DNA of 64,000 bases from Weeksellaceae bacterium. Lineage in GTDB: Bacteria; Bacteroidota; Bacteroidia; Flavobacteriales; Weeksellaceae. This document shows, in pieces, positions 9,592 to 20,970 of this stretch. The stretch is from positions 89,209 through 153,208 of the forward strand of contig JBLWWH010000004.1 of assembly GCA_048268105.1 (NCBI GenBank). Direction: 5' to 3'. The notes below the pieces were generated by a model that did not search any database, was not told where the DNA came from, and saw nothing but the letters and a program-made list of their open reading frames with translations. Every line of letters begins with the position of its first letter. Within the stretch, counting starts at the first letter, position 1. The translations under genes were made by a program, and so were the position numbers.

Positions 9592-11625
9592 TTATCCTAT
9601 TCCCGCACCATTCTCGACTTCATCTTCTGGGTTGACAAAGCTAAGTTTGCCATCTGCTTTGTCTGTAAATAATAACATTCCTTGGCTTTCAACTCCTCGA
9701 ATCTTACGTGGAGCTAAATTCACAAGAACTGTACACTTCTTGCCAATTACTTCTTCTGGTGTAAAGCTTTCAGCAATTCCTGATACGATAGTTCTAACGT
9801 CAATTCCCGTATCTACTTTTAGTTCTAATAGCTTATCAGCCTTCTCCACTTTCTTTGCCTCCAAAATCGTCCCTACACGTAAATCGACTTTTTGAAAATC
9901 ATCAAATGTGCAAGTTTCTTTTTGTGGCTCGGCATTAGGATTCGTCATTTTATTTTGTCTTTTAGTTTCACTTAATTTATTTAATTGAAATTCAATGGCT
10001 TCATCTTCTACTTTGTCAAATAGCAATTCTGCTTTATTCAATAATTGACCTGTAGTGACCCATGAATCACTTTCTTCTAATTTATCCCAGGTCTTTAGTT
10101 CAAGATTCAGCATGCGTAGCATTTTTGCACTTGCCTGAGGCATAAAAGGTTCTGCTAATTGAGCTAACAAAGCTGATATTTCTAAAGAAGCTCTCATGAT
10201 AGAAGGAACTTCTTCTGGATGGGTCTTAATCTTTTTCCATGGTTCTTGTACTTGTAAAAATTGATTACCCAAACGAGCTAAATTCATTAATTCACTTAAA
10301 GCATTTCTAAACTCAAATTTCTCTAAATAAGCTCCAATTCTTTTTGGGAATTCCTTTAGATCTTTTAATTCGTCAAAAGTTGTTTCTCCATCAGGAATTA
10401 CACCATCGTGGTATTTATTAGTTAAGACCATCACACGATTCAAGAAGTTACCTAAAATCCCAACTAATTCAGAGTTATTTTTGGTTTGAAAATCCTTCCA
10501 TGTGAAGTTATTGTCTTTGTTTTCAGGCATATTGGCTGTAAGAACATACCTTAAAACATCTTGTTTTCCAGGAAATTCTTCAACAAATTCGTGCGCCCAT
10601 ACAGCATGATTTCTTGAAGTTGAAATCTTATCATTTTCAAGATTTAAAAACTCATTCGCAGGAACGTTTTTAGGTAAAATATAATCACCATGAGCTTTCA
10701 ACATAACTGGGAAAATAACACAGTGGAAAACAATGTTGTCTTTCCCAATAAAGTGAATTAATTCAGTTTCTTCATCTTGCCAATAAGGCTCCCAATCCTT
10801 TCCATTTTCTTTTGCCCATTTTTGTGTTGCAGAAATATATCCAATTGGTGCGTCGAACCAAACATACAATACTTTGCCTGCTGCTTCATCTAATGGAACA
10901 TTAACTCCCCAATCTAAATCTCTGGTCATAGCACGAGGTTTTAGACCATCGTCTAACCAAGATTTAACCTGACCTAATACGTTTGATTTCCAATCATCTT
11001 TATGCCCTTCTACAGCCCAGTCCCTTAAGAAATCTTCATATAGATTTAAGGGTAAAGTCCAGTTTTTTGTTTTTCTTAAAACAGGAACATTTCCGCTTAA
11101 GGCTGACTTTGGATTGATTAACTCTCTTGGGCTCAAACTCGATCCGCAGCTCTCGCATTGATCTCCATATGCATTTGCATTACCACAATTAGGGCATTCC
11201 CCAACGATATATCTATCAGCTAAGAATTCTCCAGCTTCTTCGTCAAAATATTGTTCTGTTTCTTCCGCTTGAAAAACTCCTTTTTCATATAGATGCGTGA
11301 AGAACTCGGCAGCATTTTTATGATGATGTTGCGAAGAAGTTCTGTCGTATATGTCAAATGAAATTCCTAAATCAGAAAAAGTATTTTTGATTAAATCGTG
11401 ATAGCGATCTACAATAGCTTGTGGAGTTGTGTTTTCGCGTTTAGCACGAATAGTCACCGGAATACCATGCTCATCGGATCCGCCAACAAATAAAACATCT
11501 TTGCCTTTTCTTCTTAAATATCTCACATAGATATCTGCAGGAATGTACACGCCTGCTAAATGCCCTATATGAATTGGACCATTAGCGTAGGGTAACGCAG
11601 AGGTTACTGTATATCTTTTTGACAT
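9592..11625 (-). CDS. metG: Methionyl-tRNA synthetase with C-terminal tRNA-binding (EMAP/Trbp111-like) domain
   Basis: The HIGH motif (PIHIGHLAG) is present. A Zn knuckle CPNCG...CESCG is present. The C-terminal OB-fold segment is [26 protein letters not shown]. Confidence 0.95.
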   Translation of the reverse strand: MSKRYTVTSALPYANGPIHIGHLAGVYIPADIYVRYLRRKGKDVLFVGGSDEHGIPVTIRAKRENTTPQAIVDRYHDLIKNTFSDLGISFDIYDRTSSQHHHKNAAEFFTHLYEKGVFQAEETEQYFDEEAGEFLADRYIVGECPNCGNANAYGDQCESCGSSLSPRELINPKSALSGNVPVLRKTKNWTLPLNLYEDFLRDWAVEGHKDDWKSNVLGQVKSWLDDGLKPRAMTRDLDWGVNVPLDEAAGKVLYVWFDAPIGYISATQKWAKENGKDWEPYWQDEETELIHFIGKDNIVFHCVIFPVMLKAHGDYILPKNVPANEFLNLENDKISTSRNHAVWAHEFVEEFPGKQDVLRYVLTANMPENKDNNFTWKDFQTKNNSELVGILGNFLNRVMVLTNKYHDGVIPDGETTFDELKDLKEFPKRIGAYLEKFEFRNALSELMNLARLGNQFLQVQEPWKKIKTHPEEVPSIMRASLEISALLAQLAEPFMPQASAKMLRMLNLELKTWDKLEESDSWVTTGQLLNKAELLFDKVEDEAIEFQLNKLSETKRQNKMTNPNAEPQKETCTFDDFQKVDLRVGTILEAKKVEKADKLLELKVDTGIDVRTIVSGIAESFTPEEVIGKKCTVLVNLAPRKIRGVESQGMLLFTDKADGKLSFVNPEDEVENGAGIG

Positions 11626-11757
11626 AAATTTCTGTTAATGTACAAAGATAGAAAGTATGTTGTAAAATGATGAGCAATATCGCTCAAAATTCTAAGTCAA
11701 TGTCTATTTGTCTTTTATGCTGATGTATTATTTTTTACCTTTGTAAAAAAGGTTTAT

Positions 11758-12033
11758 ATGTCAGAATTAAAAGTGGTTCCCATTCATCAAAGAAAATTTG
11801 AAATGCACAAAGATGGTGTTTGTGTTGGTTATATGGATTATCACGAAGGCGTTGGTAGTTTATATTTAGATTATGTCTTTGTAGAACCAGAATATAGAGA
11901 CCAAGAAATTGGTAAAGAAATCGTTAAGCAAGGTATTTTATTAGCGCAGGAGAAAAATATGAGGCCAAAACCAATTTGTGGTTATGCTTCAACTATCATG
12001 AAACGTCATAATTGGCCAGAAGAGTTAGTTTAA
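11758..12033 (+). CDS. Small GNAT-family N-acetyltransferase-like protein (~90 aa)
   Basis: At 91 aa it has the pattern of the short GNAT acetyl-CoA binding fold (YLDYVFVEPEYRDQEIGKEIV). Confidence 0.55.
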   Translation: MSELKVVPIHQRKFEMHKDGVCVGYMDYHEGVGSLYLDYVFVEPEYRDQEIGKEIVKQGILLAQEKNMRPKPICGYASTIMKRHNWPEELV

Positions 12034-12045
12034 TTTACAGCATAG

Positions 12046-12077
12046 AAAAAGCCGCTTGAAAAGCGGCTTTCTTGTTT
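12046..12077 (+). terminator. Rho-independent terminator (AAAGCCGCTT-GAAA-AAGCGGCTTT)
   Basis: An inverted repeat plus T-rich tail follows the 11758-12033 CDS. Confidence 0.55.
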
Positions 12078-12079
12078 AG

Positions 12080-12153
12080 TGACCACGGAAGGAGTCGAAC
12101 CCTCAACCTTCAGAGCCGTAATCTGACGATCTATCCAATTGATCTACGTGGCC
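12080..12153 (-). tRNA. tRNA-Arg (anticodon ACG), 74 nt, no encoded CCA
   Basis: The reverse complement reads GGCCACGTAGATCAATTGGATAGATCGTCAGATTACGGCTCTGAAGGTTGAGGGTTCGACTCCTTCCGTGGTCA. The 7-bp acceptor stem is GGCCACG/CGTGGTC. The T-loop is TTCGACT. The anticodon loop TTACGGC gives anticodon ACG. Confidence 0.9.
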
Positions 12154-12189
12154 ATTTACGGGGTGCAAATATACAATTATTTTTAAATT

Positions 12190-13293
12190 ATGAACAAAAC
12201 TTTTATTTACATATTTATAAATATAACACTTTTTATCTTATTTTCATGTGAAAAAGATTCATCTTCAGTAGATAAGAAGCTAGATGGACAAAAGCAAGAT
12301 TCTTTAAATATTTTTACAAATGCATCTTCTGTAGCCTTATTTGAAGAGGATTCTATTTGGAACTATCAGATTTTATTGGATAAGAGTACAAAGTCCATTA
12401 AAATTCCTAAAGACAAGTTACCTTTAAAAAATATGGCAATTTTATCTGCATCTAGCGTTGGATACCTAGAGGCATTGGATGATTTAGATGCAATCAAAGG
12501 TGTTTTTGATGCTCAATGGATTTATAGTCCAGCACTTCATCAGAGAATTAAGGATAATCCTAATTTAGACAAAGGAAATTTATCTGCAATTAATTTAGAA
12601 AAAATCATCGCTCTTGCTCCAGATGTTGTGATTGGTTTCTCTGATCCAAATATGTCTAAAACTTACCAAAGGTTAGAAGAGGCAGGTGTTTTAATGATTT
12701 ATGTAGATGAATATAATGAGAAAACGCCATTAGGAAAAGCTGAATTCATTAAGCTATATGGAGTTTTAACAGGCAAACTGAAAGAGGCGAAGGAATTATA
12801 TCAAGAAATTGAAACCAATTATCTTTCTTATAGAGAATTAGCATTGAAGCAAGAAAAGAGACCTACGGCCTTTGCCGAAATTATGCGTGGTGATATTTGG
12901 TATATGCCTGGAGGAGAGAGTTTCGCTGCACAATATTTTAAGGATGCTGGAGCAAACTATTTATGGTCAAATGATACCAGCCAAGGAAGTGTAAAGCTAA
13001 ATTTTGAACAAGTTTATGAAAAAGCAGCCGATGCTGATTTTTGGATGAATGCTTCGGATTTAACTTCACTGAACGAAGTTCAGAGTTCTTATATAAATCA
13101 TGATTGGTTTAAAGCCTATAAAAACGAGAATGTTTATTCTTTATCCAAAAGAATGAATAAAGCTGGCGCCAATGATTATTTTGAAACGGGCTCGGTTCGT
13201 GCTGATTGGGTATTAAAAGATTTGATTCATATTTTTCATCCAGAAGTCTTTCCTAAGCATGAATTATTCTTTTATCATAAGTTAGCTAAATAA
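12190..13293 (+). CDS. ABC-transporter periplasmic substrate-binding lipoprotein of the siderophore/cobalamin (Peripla_BP_2/BtuF/FecB) class
   Basis: The lipoprotein signal is LFILFSC. The family pattern is present: ILSASSVGYLEALDDLDAIKGV...LEKIIALAPDVVIGF...GDIWYMPGG. Confidence 0.72.
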   Translation: MNKTFIYIFINITLFILFSCEKDSSSVDKKLDGQKQDSLNIFTNASSVALFEEDSIWNYQILLDKSTKSIKIPKDKLPLKNMAILSASSVGYLEALDDLDAIKGVFDAQWIYSPALHQRIKDNPNLDKGNLSAINLEKIIALAPDVVIGFSDPNMSKTYQRLEEAGVLMIYVDEYNEKTPLGKAEFIKLYGVLTGKLKEAKELYQEIETNYLSYRELALKQEKRPTAFAEIMRGDIWYMPGGESFAAQYFKDAGANYLWSNDTSQGSVKLNFEQVYEKAADADFWMNASDLTSLNEVQSSYINHDWFKAYKNENVYSLSKRMNKAGANDYFETGSVRADWVLKDLIHIFHPEVFPKHELFFYHKLAK

Positions 13294-13387
13294 TACATTT
13301 AGACTATTTTTGATACTAAAATCGCTAAACTTTAGCTAATGTTGAGCAAATTCGTTTTCAAACAATAAAATATCTTATTTTAGCTTT

Positions 13388-15241
13388 ATGAAGAAATTAA
13401 GTTGGCTTTTGATGGCCTTTATTTGTGTTCCGTTGAGTGCGCAAAGTTATTGGCAACAGTTTGTGGATTATAAAATGGACATCCACATGCAAGTTGAAAA
13501 ATTCCAATATGATGGAAAAATGGAGGTTACTTACTCCAATAATTCCGATGATACATTGGATAAAATTTATTTTCATTTGTATTATAATGCTTTTCAACCA
13601 GGTAGTTTGATGGATGAAAGGCTGAAATCTATTGAAGATCCAGATAGGAGAATGACAAACAATGTCGGGACGAAAGATAATCCTATTTACAAAAGTAGAA
13701 TTTCTAAGTTAACACCAGAAGAAATTGGCTTTGTAAAAATGAATAGTATTCACCAAAACGGTAAATTACTAGACTTTAAATATATGGGAACTATTTTAGA
13801 AGTTAGTCTAAAAGAACCATTAGGACCTAAATCTAGCACGACTTTGAAACTTGATTGGAAAACTCAAGTACCTAAAATCATTCGCAGGGGTGGAAGAGAT
13901 TCTGACGAGGGAATTGACTTTTCTATGACTCAATGGTATCCTAAAATTGCACAATATGATAATGAAGGTTGGCATTTAGATGAATATATAGGTCGTGAAT
14001 TTTATGCGCCATTTGGGAATTTTGATGTTAAAATTACACTTCCATCAAATTATATTGTTGGAGCTTCAGGAGAATTACAAAACGAAGACAACATGCCAGG
14101 TTATTCAAATAAAAAATTCAAAAAGAGATCTAATGTAACTTGGAATTTTAAAGCAGAAAACATTCATGATTTTGCTTGGGGAGCTGATCCAGATTATGTG
14201 GTAGAAAAGCAACAAGTTCCTAATGGACCAGTTTTATATTATTTATATGATAAAAATTTAGATAAAGAATTTGTAAACCATTGGCACACCGCAAAGCCTA
14301 AAGTAGTTGAGTTCTTCCAATTTATGGATAAAAACTTTGGAGCTTATCCATGGAGCACATACAGTATTGTTCAAGGTGGTGATGGTGGAATGGAATATGG
14401 AACTTCTACCTTAATCACAGGGAAACGTAACTTTGAAAGTCTGTTGGGTGTGATTTATCATGAAGCTGCACACTCTTGGTTCCAGCATTTATTTGCTTTT
14501 GATGAAACGAGAGACGAATGGATGGACGAAGGTTTCACAACTTATGCAGAGGCAGCGGCTATGGCTGAAATAATGGATGCAAACAAAAATCAAATTAATC
14601 CTTTCCAAGGAGCTTATAATGGATATTATCACTTAGCTCAAAGTGGAAAAGAAGAGCCGATGAGTTTATTGGCAGATTATTATGACACCAACTTTGCTTA
14701 TAGTTTAGCCGCATATTACAAAGGGCAAGTTTATGTTGCCCAGCTAGGATATATAATTGGTGAGGACGCTTTGAAAGAGACTTTCAAGAAGTTTTATGCA
14801 GATTGGAGCATGAAACATCCTAAATTAGGTGACTTCCAAAAAGTGGCTCAAGAAGTTTCTGGAATTAACTTGAAGTGGTATAACAATCTATTCGTTAATA
14901 CCATCAGAACTATTGATTATGGCGTTGAAAAGGTTGAAGGTAGAAAAGTCTCACTAAAAAATCATTCAAACTTCGCCATGCCTTTAGACGTTCTAGTAAC
15001 TTATAAAGATGGAAGCAAAGAGTTGTTTTATATCTCGATCAATGCAATGAGAGGTAGTAAAGAAAAAGAAAATAAATTCTACCAAGGGATTAAAACAACA
15101 CAATTAAAAGATTGGGGTTGGACTTATGATTCTTATGAATTTGAGGCAACTAAAGATGTTGAGAAAGTAGAAATTGATTATACCCAAAGATTAGCAGACG
15201 TAAATAGAGCTAATAACTTTTACCCAGCACCACAGCTATAA
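13388..15241 (+). CDS. Secreted M1-family zinc metallopeptidase (aminopeptidase N-like)
   Basis: A signal peptide is present. The zinc site is HEAAHSWF (HExxH) followed by the distal Glu in WMDEGFTTY. The GxMEN-like GGMEYG exopeptidase motif is present. Confidence 0.8.
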   Translation: MKKLSWLLMAFICVPLSAQSYWQQFVDYKMDIHMQVEKFQYDGKMEVTYSNNSDDTLDKIYFHLYYNAFQPGSLMDERLKSIEDPDRRMTNNVGTKDNPIYKSRISKLTPEEIGFVKMNSIHQNGKLLDFKYMGTILEVSLKEPLGPKSSTTLKLDWKTQVPKIIRRGGRDSDEGIDFSMTQWYPKIAQYDNEGWHLDEYIGREFYAPFGNFDVKITLPSNYIVGASGELQNEDNMPGYSNKKFKKRSNVTWNFKAENIHDFAWGADPDYVVEKQQVPNGPVLYYLYDKNLDKEFVNHWHTAKPKVVEFFQFMDKNFGAYPWSTYSIVQGGDGGMEYGTSTLITGKRNFESLLGVIYHEAAHSWFQHLFAFDETRDEWMDEGFTTYAEAAAMAEIMDANKNQINPFQGAYNGYYHLAQSGKEEPMSLLADYYDTNFAYSLAAYYKGQVYVAQLGYIIGEDALKETFKKFYADWSMKHPKLGDFQKVAQEVSGINLKWYNNLFVNTIRTIDYGVEKVEGRKVSLKNHSNFAMPLDVLVTYKDGSKELFYISINAMRGSKEKENKFYQGIKTTQLKDWGWTYDSYEFEATKDVEKVEIDYTQRLADVNRANNFYPAPQL

Positions 15242-15244
15242 TAT

Positions 15245-16000
15245 ATGATTTTAGTAGTAAATATTGGTAACTCTAGTATTAGATTTGGGGTTGGAGAAAA
15301 CCATAAGAATCTAACCTCTTGGACTATCAACACCAAACCATTTAAAACGGCTGATGAGTTGTTTTTGATGTTCAAGAATATGTATGAACAACATGGTATC
15401 GACAAGAATCAAATCAAAGGGATTGTTATTGGCTCGGTGGTTCCACATCAAACAGGAATTGTTGCTAGGGCCTTAAATGAGATTCATAGTATAGAAGCCA
15501 TGATTGTCGACCGAAACACCAAATCCAATGTAGTTCAACATTCAGATCAAATGGGCACGGACTTGTATGCAAATGCAGTAGCAGCACATGAGTTATATCC
15601 AGATAATAAACTGATTATTGATTTCGGAACAGCATTAACCATTCTTGGTATCGATGCTTCAGGTGAAGTTATGGGTGTTGTAATTGCGCCGGGTGTAATT
15701 ACTTCCTTAAAAGCTCTGGTGGGAGATACCTCACAGTTGCCAGACATTGAATTGGCGCCCCCTAAATCGTCTTTAGGTAAGAATACAGAAGCTTGTATGC
15801 AAAGCGGGATGGTATATGGCTACATTGGAATGGTAGAAGGATTAATCGCGCGCATTAAAAAGGAGTTTAACAAAGATTTCTACGTGATTTCAACCGGTGG
15901 CTTGGGGCATATTTTCAATCCATTAACCGATAAGATTAATAAAGATGATAAACTGCATACTTTGCGAGGTTTATGTTTGTTGTATGAACAGAATATGTAA
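15245..16000 (+). CDS. coaX: Type III pantothenate kinase
   Basis: The N-terminus MILVVNIGNSSIRFGV has the ASKHA-fold phosphate-1 motif of CoaX. It is 251 aa. Confidence 0.85.
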   Translation: MILVVNIGNSSIRFGVGENHKNLTSWTINTKPFKTADELFLMFKNMYEQHGIDKNQIKGIVIGSVVPHQTGIVARALNEIHSIEAMIVDRNTKSNVVQHSDQMGTDLYANAVAAHELYPDNKLIIDFGTALTILGIDASGEVMGVVIAPGVITSLKALVGDTSQLPDIELAPPKSSLGKNTEACMQSGMVYGYIGMVEGLIARIKKEFNKDFYVISTGGLGHIFNPLTDKINKDDKLHTLRGLCLLYEQNM

Positions 16001-16032
16001 GGTTGATGTAGATTTTAAATTAAATACAAATA

Positions 16033-16061
16033 AAACCAATCCGATAAGGGTTGGTTTTTTT
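16033..16061 (+). terminator. Rho-independent terminator (AACCAATCC-GATAA-GGGTTGGTT plus T7)
   Basis: A stem-loop plus T-run lies downstream of coaX. Confidence 0.55.
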
Positions 16062-16150
16062 ATGCATTAAGTTTTTCATTAGGATTTGTTCTAATCTGTT
16101 AAAGTCAAGCTATATTTAATTCGTATTTTTGCGGACTTCAATATCCAACT

Positions 16151-17443
16151 ATGTATAATTTTTTAGAAGAACTCCAATGGAGAGGTTTAATTCAGGACAC
16201 AACACCTGGATTAGAAGAACAATTAAATAAAGAAAAAACAACGGGCTATATCGGATTTGATCCTACGGCAGACTCATTACATATCGGTAGTTTAGTTCCG
16301 ATTTTAATTTTGATGCATTATCGCAAAGCGGGTCACAAACCAGTTGCGTTGGTGGGTGGAGCTACAGGTATGATAGGTGACCCAACAGGTAAATCAGACG
16401 AACGTAACTTGTTAGATGAAAAAACTTTAGCCAAAAACGTAGAAGGAATTAAAAATGTATTGGGTCGTTTTCTAGACTTTGACGCTACCGACGAAAATGC
16501 ACCTGTATTGGTGAATAATTACGATTGGATGAAAGATTTTTCATTCATTGATTTCGTAAGAGACGTTGGTAAGAGAATTACTGTGAATTATATGATGGCA
16601 AAGGATTCGGTTAAGAAAAGATTGTCGGGTGAATCAGGTGTTGGTATGTCATTTACTGAGTTTACTTATCAGTTGATTCAAGGTTATGACTTCCACCATT
16701 TATACCATGATATGGGCGTTAAATTCCAAATGGGAGGTTCAGATCAGTGGGGAAATATGACCACAGGAACCGAGTTAATCCGTAGAATGAGCGATGGTAA
16801 GACAGAAGCTTTCGCGATGACTTGTCCTTTGGTTACCAAAGCTGATGGAACTAAATTCGGGAAATCAGAAGGAGGAAATATTTGGTTAGACGCGGACAAA
16901 ACTAGTGTATACACCTTCTATCAATTCTGGTTAAACGTAGCCGATGAGGATGCTGAACGCTTCATTAAATTCTATACTTTCTTGGATAAAGAAACGATTG
17001 AAAAATTAACAGCTGAACATAAAGAAGAGCCGCATAGAAGAATCTTACAAAATGCTTTAGCAGATAGTGTAACTACTTTAGTTCACGGAGAAGAAGAGTT
17101 AGAATTAGCTAAAAAAGCATCTCAAATCTTATTTGGCAAATCTACTTCAGAGGATTTAAAAAACTTAAACGAACAGACTTTCTTAGATGTGTTTGAAGGT
17201 GTTTCTCAGCAAGAAGTGAGTGAAGATATTTTCGAATTAGAATTATTAGATTTCTTATCAGAAGGATCTGGTTTCTTGGCTTCAAAAGGCGAGGCGAGAC
17301 GCGCTTTGAAAGAGAACTCTATCTCTATCAATAAGGATAAAATAAGCGATGATTACAAGCCTTCTAAAGAGGATTTAATCGCTGGTAAATACTTGCTATT
17401 ACAAAGAGGCAAGAAAAACTATCACATTGTGATTGTAAAGTAA
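16151..17443 (+). CDS. tyrS: Tyrosyl-tRNA synthetase
   Basis: The HIGH-class motif LHIGSLVP and the KMSKS-class motif KFGKSEGG are present. The C-terminal S4-like domain is present. Confidence 0.93.
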   Translation: MYNFLEELQWRGLIQDTTPGLEEQLNKEKTTGYIGFDPTADSLHIGSLVPILILMHYRKAGHKPVALVGGATGMIGDPTGKSDERNLLDEKTLAKNVEGIKNVLGRFLDFDATDENAPVLVNNYDWMKDFSFIDFVRDVGKRITVNYMMAKDSVKKRLSGESGVGMSFTEFTYQLIQGYDFHHLYHDMGVKFQMGGSDQWGNMTTGTELIRRMSDGKTEAFAMTCPLVTKADGTKFGKSEGGNIWLDADKTSVYTFYQFWLNVADEDAERFIKFYTFLDKETIEKLTAEHKEEPHRRILQNALADSVTTLVHGEEELELAKKASQILFGKSTSEDLKNLNEQTFLDVFEGVSQQEVSEDIFELELLDFLSEGSGFLASKGEARRALKENSISINKDKISDDYKPSKEDLIAGKYLLLQRGKKNYHIVIVK

Positions 17444-17466
17444 TTACGAGAATTTAGATATAATAT

Positions 17467-17496
17467 AAAATGCCACATCGCAAGATGTGGCATTTT
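17467..17496. terminator. Bidirectional terminator (A4-TGCCACATC-GCAA-GATGTGGCA-T4)
   Basis: A perfect 9-bp stem lies between convergent tyrS (+) and the 17515-18231 gene (-). Confidence 0.65.
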
Positions 17497-17514
17497 AATT
17501 TTTGTAGATATATA

Positions 17515-18231
17515 TTATTTAACTAAAACTTTAGTAGAAGCTGTTTTTCCTGAAGCTGAATTAACAACAACAATGTATTGACCTTTGTTTAGGTTGCTTA
17601 AGTTTAGGTTAAGTTTACCTTGGTTAGCTTTTGTAGCTTTAATCAATTTTCCGCTTACAGAATAGATGTTAATTGTTGAGTTTTCGTGTAAGTCTAACAT
17701 TAAAATATCTTTAATGATAGTATTTTGAACTTGAGACTTAACTGCTTGCTCAATATCTTGAACACCTAAATTTTCATTGTAAATATAATTCACTATCAAA
17801 GGCTCCCCAACCTCAGCACCAAATGTATCGATCATAAAGAATTTAATCTTAGCTGACATATATGGGCTAGATGTGTTTTTGTTCCACATGTGGTCGAACA
17901 TACCTTGAATTCCACCCGGCTGAATAGCTACGGGACTTTGTGGCATAATCAAACCTTGATTAATTGAATAGTAACAAGATCCACCAAAACAAAGCTCGAA
18001 TTCACTCCCATCAGAATCTATAAGTTCTATCACCTCAGCTTTCATTAAAATTAAAGCGTCTGAATCGTTATGTACGATATATCCTAGCTTTGCGTCTTCT
18101 TCAGTAGTAGTGTTAAAAGTAAAAGTTTGACCATTTTCGATAGGTTGGTCATCTATTGTAGTCATTGAAAACTGTGCGTTCGTTTGAACTAGTAAGAATC
18201 CAAGAACTAAAGATAATAATAGTTTTTTCAT
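17515..18231 (-). CDS. Secreted hypothetical protein with T9SS C-terminal sorting domain
   Basis: The signal peptide is MKKLLLSLVLGFLLVQTNAQ. The C-terminus NLNKGQYIVVVNSASGKTASTKVLVK matches the Por-type CTD pattern. Confidence 0.5.
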   Translation of the reverse strand: MKKLLLSLVLGFLLVQTNAQFSMTTIDDQPIENGQTFTFNTTTEEDAKLGYIVHNDSDALILMKAEVIELIDSDGSEFELCFGGSCYYSINQGLIMPQSPVAIQPGGIQGMFDHMWNKNTSSPYMSAKIKFFMIDTFGAEVGEPLIVNYIYNENLGVQDIEQAVKSQVQNTIIKDILMLDLHENSTINIYSVSGKLIKATKANQGKLNLNLSNLNKGQYIVVVNSASGKTASTKVLVK

Positions 18232-18390
18232 AATTGCTTATTAATAAATGTGCTGCAAAGGTAGAGAAAAATATAAATTTTTACCATATTGTTTAAGAAT
18301 TCATTGACTTTTTTCAATAAAAAGGTTTAAGGTTTTATGTTATAAATAGAAAGCTCGAAATAGGATATCACATCAATTCATTTCTTAACT

Positions 18391-20949
18391 TTGATACATA
18401 TGAAACAACCGCAACAAAACGAGAGATTCAGACAACTTGTTCAGAATAAATATCAGATTTATAATAGTCTTTTCATGAGCCTTCCTTATGATAAGATGTC
18501 GAATATTGGAATGCTTCTTCCTTTTCTATATGAGGAAAGCAAAGTTAAATTCCCAGACGGGAAAACACCCATCGAGATTATAGATGAGTTTTTTGAGGAC
18601 CATACAAAAATTACCGACGAAGACAAGAAAGCAGATCTGCTGTTTAGGATTATTCAATACATCGAACGACAAGTGGTATTGTTCGATAGTATTGAGGATG
18701 CTGCTTTTTCTTCTTTACACGAAGCTACGGAGGCGGGTACATTAACTCAGTTTCATCAAGTGGCAGTTGAAAGAGAAAAATTAGTTGATGTTGCAGAAAA
18801 GTTTAAGGATTTTGCGGTAAAGGTTGTTTTTACGGCGCATCCTACTCAGTTTTATTCTAATGATGTTCAAAGAATTTTATATGATCTAAGGTCGGCTATT
18901 AAAAGTGATTCGGTAACTCATATCGATCTTTTATTACAACAATTAGGGCTCACGCCTTTTGTCAGTCATACCAAACCTACACCCTATGACGAGGCATTAA
19001 GCATTATCTATTATCTGCGATATGTCTACTATGACACCTTGGGAGAACTTGCCCGAAAAGTGAAATCCCTCTACGGAAACGAAAGCATCGAGAAAAACCC
19101 TCATTTAATTCAATTGGGATTTTGGCCAGGTGGTGATAGAGATGGAAATCCTTTTGTAACAGCTGCAACAACCAAACGAGTAGCTGACGAATTAAGAATT
19201 TCAATTCTTAAAAGCTATTATAATCACCTAAAAAAATTAAGAAAGAAACTCACCTTCAGAGGTGTCTCCGAAAGAATGACCTCCGTTAGCGCAAAGTTAT
19301 ATGATATGATTTTTCACGCGAAAGAGGCTATTACTCATGATGAATTGGTAGCTGAACTTTTAATTATAAAAGAGGATATTCAAAATAAATATAACGGACT
19401 GTATTTGAATTATATTAATGATTTAATAGATCGTGTTAGAATGTTCGGGTATCACTTTGCGAGTTTAGATATTAGACAAGACAGTTCTAAACATGACTTG
19501 ATTATACGTGAAATTTTTCAAAAAGAATTTGGACTTAACTACGACGAAATCAGCGATGAAGCCAGAATAGAATTTTTAACCGAAAAGGCTTTAAATATTG
19601 ATGAGAATGACTACGAAACTGATATTACAATAGATACCATCAGGAACGTGAAGCAATTAAGAGAATTGCAACGTAGAAACGGCGAGCGAGGAATTCACCG
19701 ATATATTATTTCTAATTCCGAAAGCATATTTGATGTCTTAATCGTTTTTGCTTTATTTAAATATTGTGGTTATCAAGAGGAGGAGATCAACTTTGATATT
19801 ATTCCTCTTTTTGAAACTATGGCGGGCTTAAATGGTTCGGAAGAAACGATGAACACACTTTATAACTTACCTGTTTATCGTAAACATTTAGAGCGTCGAA
19901 ATGCCGAACAAGGTATCATGTTAGGTTTCTCTGATGGTACAAAAGATGGTGGTTATGTAAAAGCCAATTGGGAAATTTATCAAACCAAAGAAAGATTAAC
20001 AGCTGTTTCTGATCAAAACGAAATGAAGGTAGTGTTTTTTGATGGTCGTGGTGGGCCGCCAGCGCGTGGAGGTGGGAAAACTCACCAGTTTTACGCAGCA
20101 CAAGGAAAAACAATTGCTAATCACAGGATAGAGTTGACGATTCAAGGACAGACTATTACTTCTGTATTTGGAACTAAGGATCAAGCGAAATTTAATTTTG
20201 AACAATTGATTTCTGCGGGTTTAAAGAATTCTGTTTTTATGGATTCCAAAATGGAGATTAAAAAGCATGAAAGACAGTTGTTGGATGATTTAGCATTGTT
20301 AAGCTATCAGAAATATTCAGATTTAAAATCGCACCCGCAATTTGTTCCTTATTTAGAAAATATGAGTACGCTTAAATTCTATGGAAAAACCAACATTGGA
20401 TCGCGCCCAACTAAGCGTGGTGGACCAAGTGATGCTTTAGTCTTTGAGGATTTGAGAGCGATTCCATTTGTAGGTTCATGGAGTCAATTAAAACAAAATG
20501 TACCAGGTTATTACGGTTTTGGGACTGCAATTAAAAAGTTTGTAGATGAAGGTGGAAAACAAGAAATTATTGACTTATTTAATAACTCCGATTTCTTCAA
20601 AACATTGGTTCAAAATAGTATGATGTCTATGACAAAAACATACTTCCCATTGACTTTCTATATGCGCGAGAATCCACAGTATAGCGAGTTTTGGACATTG
20701 TTGTATGATGAATTTTTATTGTCAAAAAAGATGATGTTAGAAATTACAGGTTATGAAATTTTAATGCAAGATGAGCCTATTTCTCGATTATCTGTGGAGA
20801 TGAGAGAAAAAATAGTTTTGCCCTTATTAACCATTCAACAATACGCATTACAAAAGCTACAAGAAGGAACAGACAAAGAAGAAATGTATTCCTCAATGGT
20901 CACTAGATCGTTGTTCGGGAATATTAACGCAAGTAGAAACTCTGCTTAA
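18391..20949 (+). CDS. ppc: Phosphoenolpyruvate carboxylase
   Basis: PEPC signature motifs are present: VFTAHPTQ, GFSDGTKDGG and FDGRGGPPARGGG. Its length is ~850 aa. Confidence 0.88.
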   Translation: MIHMKQPQQNERFRQLVQNKYQIYNSLFMSLPYDKMSNIGMLLPFLYEESKVKFPDGKTPIEIIDEFFEDHTKITDEDKKADLLFRIIQYIERQVVLFDSIEDAAFSSLHEATEAGTLTQFHQVAVEREKLVDVAEKFKDFAVKVVFTAHPTQFYSNDVQRILYDLRSAIKSDSVTHIDLLLQQLGLTPFVSHTKPTPYDEALSIIYYLRYVYYDTLGELARKVKSLYGNESIEKNPHLIQLGFWPGGDRDGNPFVTAATTKRVADELRISILKSYYNHLKKLRKKLTFRGVSERMTSVSAKLYDMIFHAKEAITHDELVAELLIIKEDIQNKYNGLYLNYINDLIDRVRMFGYHFASLDIRQDSSKHDLIIREIFQKEFGLNYDEISDEARIEFLTEKALNIDENDYETDITIDTIRNVKQLRELQRRNGERGIHRYIISNSESIFDVLIVFALFKYCGYQEEEINFDIIPLFETMAGLNGSEETMNTLYNLPVYRKHLERRNAEQGIMLGFSDGTKDGGYVKANWEIYQTKERLTAVSDQNEMKVVFFDGRGGPPARGGGKTHQFYAAQGKTIANHRIELTIQGQTITSVFGTKDQAKFNFEQLISAGLKNSVFMDSKMEIKKHERQLLDDLALLSYQKYSDLKSHPQFVPYLENMSTLKFYGKTNIGSRPTKRGGPSDALVFEDLRAIPFVGSWSQLKQNVPGYYGFGTAIKKFVDEGGKQEIIDLFNNSDFFKTLVQNSMMSMTKTYFPLTFYMRENPQYSEFWTLLYDEFLLSKKMMLEITGYEILMQDEPISRLSVEMREKIVLPLLTIQQYALQKLQEGTDKEEMYSSMVTRSLFGNINASRNSA

Positions 20950-20970
20950 TCATTTTTAAAACTAATAGCA

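Noticed and set aside
9581-9895. 104-aa plus-strand ORF overlapping the 3' end of metG
   Set aside because: It is antisense to the conserved MetRS C-terminal domain, with no independent support.
12034-12200. tRNA-Arg as a genomic-island or integrase attachment site
   Set aside because: No integrase, transposase, direct-repeat copy of the tRNA 3' end or compositional shift is evident nearby. The flanking genes are housekeeping or transport.
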